64,000 nucleotides of DNA from assembly GCF_009914755.1 (NCBI RefSeq), contig NC_060936.1; one strand, 5' to 3'. The notes below the pieces were generated by a model. It saw only the letters and a list, made by a program, of their open reading frames with translations. It made no database searches and was not told the DNA's origin. Numbering within the stretch: the first letter of the stretch is position 1; each line of letters starts with the position of its first letter. This document shows, in pieces, positions 60,801-64,000 of this stretch. This stretch comes from the human T2T-CHM13v2.0 reference genome, Homo sapiens. Position numbers and translations under genes: made by a program.

Positions 60801-61273
60801 CTAAATTTGTAGGTATGTGAAGATGAAGGGAAGATTTGTTCTCGGTGTATGGTATTCATTCAGCTAATGTTTGAATACCTGATACATGTCAGGCACTGTG
60901 TTGTTACCTTCAAATGCTCACAGTCTAGCAAAGAAAAAGTAGTGTGGGAAAATGGGATGGTCTAGATCATGCTGATGGAGCCCTACAGAACTACAGCATT
61001 TGAGTCATAGCTAATAGATTAACTTGGCAGATACAGTTGGGGTGCTTTATACATGATGATGTATTTTAAAAGCTGCCTTTAGTAACTTTTGGGGACAGGA
61101 TATTTCTGTTCCACTTGAGTATATTTTTTGTATATAAATCGACTTTGGTGTATTGTTTTTAAATAGGAAACCTATTTCCAGCTGGGCGTGGTAGTTCACG
61201 CCTGTAATCCCAGCACTTTGGGAGGCCGAGACGGGCAGATCACAAGGTCAGGAGATGGAGATCATCCTGGCTA

Positions 61274-61477
<204 letters not shown>

Positions 61478-61644
61478 CTAAAATGCCAATTTTTTCAAAT
61501 AGTATCTTGTCATAGATTATAATTTTAACAAAGTTACATAATACTACAGTATTCTTCATTGAGCTATAATTATAGACTGTGAAAATTGTAAAAATAACTG
61601 TCAAAACATTATTGTTTTTTAACGTTCCTTTCTTTCTATTGTAG

Positions 61645-61791
<147 letters not shown>

Positions 61792-62383
61792 TGACTTCCA
61801 AATAAATATATTTTATTTCAAAACCCTGATTATAATTGTTTAAGTCTAAATTTAAATTCATTTTAAAGCTTGTGTATTTTGGTTGGGGGGGGGGGTGTTG
61901 GTTTTTTTAAACTTTTTCCTTGAAAGGCAAAAATACCCATACATGTTTTCAAATATATATCATGTGGAAAGTGAGAAATTTCCTCCTTTGCCATTATCCT
62001 GTGAAAATTAAATGTTACACCCTTCCTTTTTTTTTTTTCCTTTGAGATGGAGTCTTGCACTGTTGCCCAGGCTGAAGTGCTGTGGTGCGATAGCTGTACC
62101 TCCCGGGTTCACGCCATTCTCCTGCCTCAGCCTCCCGGGTAGCTGGGACTACAGGCGCCTGCCACCATGCCCAGCTAGTTTTTTGTATTTTTAGTAGAGA
62201 CAGGGTTTCACCATGTTAGCCAGGATGGTCTCGATCTCCTGACCTTGTGATCCGCCTGCCTCAGCCTCCCAAAGTGCTGGGATTTTAAAGGCAAGAAATA
62301 CATTAGATTCTAACATTATTAATTTAGGTGCCCCTTCAGAGTCTACCATAATGGAGTTTAATTCCTCATCACACTAAATATAG

Positions 62384-62738
<355 letters not shown>

Positions 62739-63057
62739 CTATTTGGGAGGCTGAGGTGGGAGGATCACTTAAGCCTGGGAGGTGGAGGTTGGCAGTGAGC
62801 TGAGATCACATCACTGCACTCCATCTAGGGTGACATAGTGAGACCCTGTCTCAAAATAAATACATAAATAAGACTCATTGTACTGCAGTTTAATTTTAGC
62901 AAATATTGTGAGAGCTGGGAGACACCCATGGTAAATGCTTTTATTTTCTGGACTTCTGAAACAAGGGAATTTGGGGGGACCCTACATAATTACAGCAACC
63001 TCAGGGAACATTTTTTAATTTGTAAATCCATTTAATAAGTGGCTTGATTTTTAGTAA

Positions 63058-63370
<313 letters not shown>

Positions 63371-63839
63371 TGATTGACTTTTTTAATACAAGACTATGAG
63401 AAACTAAAAATTCTATTTTGGGAGCCTTCCGTCCATTATGATAAAATTTTAAGGTTTTTTCCCCCCATCTCTCATAACAGGATCATAGCTTGTTTTCTCA
63501 AAAGTTTATGTAAAAGTGTCTTATTTATGTCTACATTGACTAGGTTGTGTTCATTTTACTTAACATATGAGAGTTTTCTTTCTCTCTTTTCTTCCCTTTG
63601 GAGTTATCGTTTGCATCTCCATGAAAAGAGAAGGCAGTGGAGATAATTGACATCAAAGTTAATACTTATGTTTATGTTACAGATTAAATTGTTAAGGCTG
63701 TAAATTTTATTATACATTATTTAATATTTTTTGTGGCATATGAAAAGTAATTCTTAGATTTGACTCTTAGAATTCTTTTGATTTGAATTCATATAGCATA
63801 TTTACTTATTTATTTTTACTCTCACAAATGTATTTTTAG

Positions 63840-63998
<159 letters not shown>

Positions 63999-64000
63999 CT

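Overview
Human (primate) genomic DNA, Alu-dense, containing the upstream region and 5' part of RAP1B (Ras-family small GTPase Rap1b) on the + strand. It shows a CpG-island promoter at ~17.9-19.3 kb, non-coding exon 1 (donors after 18580/18589), a ~37.6-kb intron 1, and five coding exons (56258-63983, codons 1-156). The C-terminal CAAX exon lies beyond the window. Intron 1 holds two antisense retrocopies. The first is a SNORA70 H/ACA snoRNA + 48-nt intron remnant + spliced RPL10 3' exons + poly(A), bounded by a 13-bp TSD; it looks like a fossil of a snoRNA-capped, polyadenylated RPL10 RNA and carries an open chimeric ORF. The second is an ATP5PD (ATP5H) processed pseudogene whose poly(A)/TSD end appears flipped by a ~105-bp inversion. 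The remainder is roughly 60 Alus, old L1/L2/MIR, hAT and Tigger DNA transposons, short tandem duplications and microsatellites. Almost all ORFs in the supplied track are Alu or low-complexity artefacts. I see no clearly new multi-gene system. Repeat family names are from recognition by eye, not from a database search.
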